A stretch of 64,000 bases of DNA from positions 1,054,001 through 1,118,000 of the forward strand of contig NC_090598.1 in NCBI RefSeq assembly GCF_000497125.1, written 5' to 3'. This stretch comes from Spironucleus salmonicida. Lineage: Eukaryota. The number at the start of each line of letters is the position of its first letter. Position 1 is the stretch's first letter. The position numbers and the translations under genes are program-made. This document shows, piece by piece, positions 62,606 through 64,000 of this stretch. The notes beneath the pieces are model-generated. The model worked only from the letters and a program-made list of their open reading frames with translations, was not told the DNA's origin and made no database searches.

Positions 62606-63199
62606 ATGAGTGATTAAGAAGAATCGAATTAAGAAAATTTAAGTGAATATTTCACTTGCCCTATTTGTTTGGATATTCTTAATTATCCAGTAATGATTTC
62701 ATGTGGACATTTAACATGTTTTTCGTGTTTATAACATACCAATGAAAACTCTGAGAATATATCTTGTCCAGTTTGTCAATGCCCAATAAAGCCAAAAGAA
62801 GTAAAAGCTGCATTTATAGGAAAATAAGTGGGTGAAGATACTAGAGGTGATATTGTCAAAGGGTTTGAAGATGCTGATAAGCTTAGAAAAGAAAGAGCTG
62901 CACAAAATGTTTAAAATCAAGGAAATTTCAGATTTTAGTTAGGAATGGGAGGTTTAGGTCTTATGGGAGGAATTCCAGGTTTAAATATTAATATTAATGG
63001 TTTCCCTGGTGGGGTTCGTATTAATCAAGGCCCATAAGTCCCTGCTGAACCATTGACTTTTAAGTAAAAGTTAAATAAGTTTACAAAAAAAGTTGGTGCT
63101 ATCGCTTTATTTGGTCTTGTGATTTATTTATAAATAAAAGAATCAGTTAATGAATTTAAAGTTGGTGGTTAAAAAGTTGTTTATTACCATTTTCCATGA
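62606..63199 (+). CDS. C3HC4 RING E3 ligase with C-terminal TM (RNF5/RMA1-like), 197 aa
   Basis: CPICLD..PVMISCGHLTCFSCL...CPVC; Gly-rich linker; VGAIALFGLVIYL. Confidence 0.85.
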
Positions 63200-63298
63200 T
63201 GATTAATGATTACTTTTACAGATTTTTATAAGTTTTTACTTATTTTCAGTAATTATAATATAAAGTTATAATAATATAGTATCCAAATAACTTTCAGT

Positions 63299-64000
63299 TC
63301 AAACTTAACTACTAATAGCTAGATCTGCAGTTTTTTCTTCTTTTGTTTCCTCGTCCTAAAAGCTAGGATTGTTTTTAGACGGAGTAAATTTTCTATAATA
63401 TACAAATTATGCTAAAATAACAGCGTCTAAACAAGCTGGAACAATAGCTGCAATATAGAATGCAATTTAGTCATAGTTAACTTCATTAGGAGAATTAATC
63501 TTAGTATTAATAGTATCAATTAATAATGTAATAAATTAAGTAACATTAGCTAATAATGCAATGATAAACATTACTATGCTAAGCCCTTCGACAGATCTCC
63601 TTTTATAATTTTTATAAATTTGAAACGGCCGCGTCATAATGTAAAAGGGTATAGCTGTATAAGATAGTATATTGCCAAAAATACGTCTCCAATTGGATAA
63701 AGTACCTTCAGAACAAGTAGAATATTTTGTTGGCTAAACTTTAAATAACTATGCTTATAAAATACCATAAATAACGATCGAAATTATAACAGTTGAGATT
63801 ATCAACAAATATATAATAATTTCCAAAGGTCTTAGTTTAATTGAAACACCAGTATTCTTCGAATTTCTAAAAAATATCTGCTAAAACACCAAAACAATGT
63901 CAGTAGTGATCCATATAACAGCTAAAATTTTCTATGTGAAAAGCAAATCTAAAATAAAAACGGAAACTAAATTTAAAAAATCAGCCCCTAACCACTGAAA
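63299..64000 (-). CDS. PQ-loop repeat transporter (PQLC2/Ypq-like), 3' part only
   Basis: QWLGADFLNL, QIYKNYKRRSVEGLSIVMF, multiple TM helices; start lies beyond the window. Confidence 0.85.

Noticed and set aside
1-64000. CRISPR arrays, tRNA or rRNA genes, prokaryotic operons
   Set aside because: None recognised; gene content, genetic code and signals are eukaryotic.

Overview
Eukaryotic, gene-dense, apparently intronless DNA from a hexamitid diplomonad (Spironucleus-like; inferred). It uses the code in which TAA/TAG = Gln and only TGA stops, so the supplied ORF track fragments most genes; coordinates here were re-derived by hand under translation table 6. Positions 1-29 kb and 53-64 kb hold single-copy genes: macro domain, two Myb-like proteins, CFAP53, BCD1, an EF-hand protein, a clathrin-light-chain candidate, Sir2, DRC2, a CAP surface protein, a 5'-nucleotidase-family enzyme, a RING ligase and a PQ-loop transporter. 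Positions 29.4-52.3 kb form an inverted triplication (direct / inverted / direct). It is organised around two copies of a 1293-bp cassette bounded by perfect 46-bp terminal inverted repeats and TTAA, which carries a multi-PHD zinc-finger gene and no transposase; the second cassette is the centre of an 8.5-kb palindrome. The amplified arms give three copies each of a purine phosphoribosyltransferase and a bacterial-type F420-ligase (CofE-like) gene. They also give two copies of an LRR gene whose central repeats are hypervariable and appear module-swapped between otherwise near-identical arms. The spacer between the arms encodes a cytosolic carboxypeptidase homolog with degenerate catalytic motifs.
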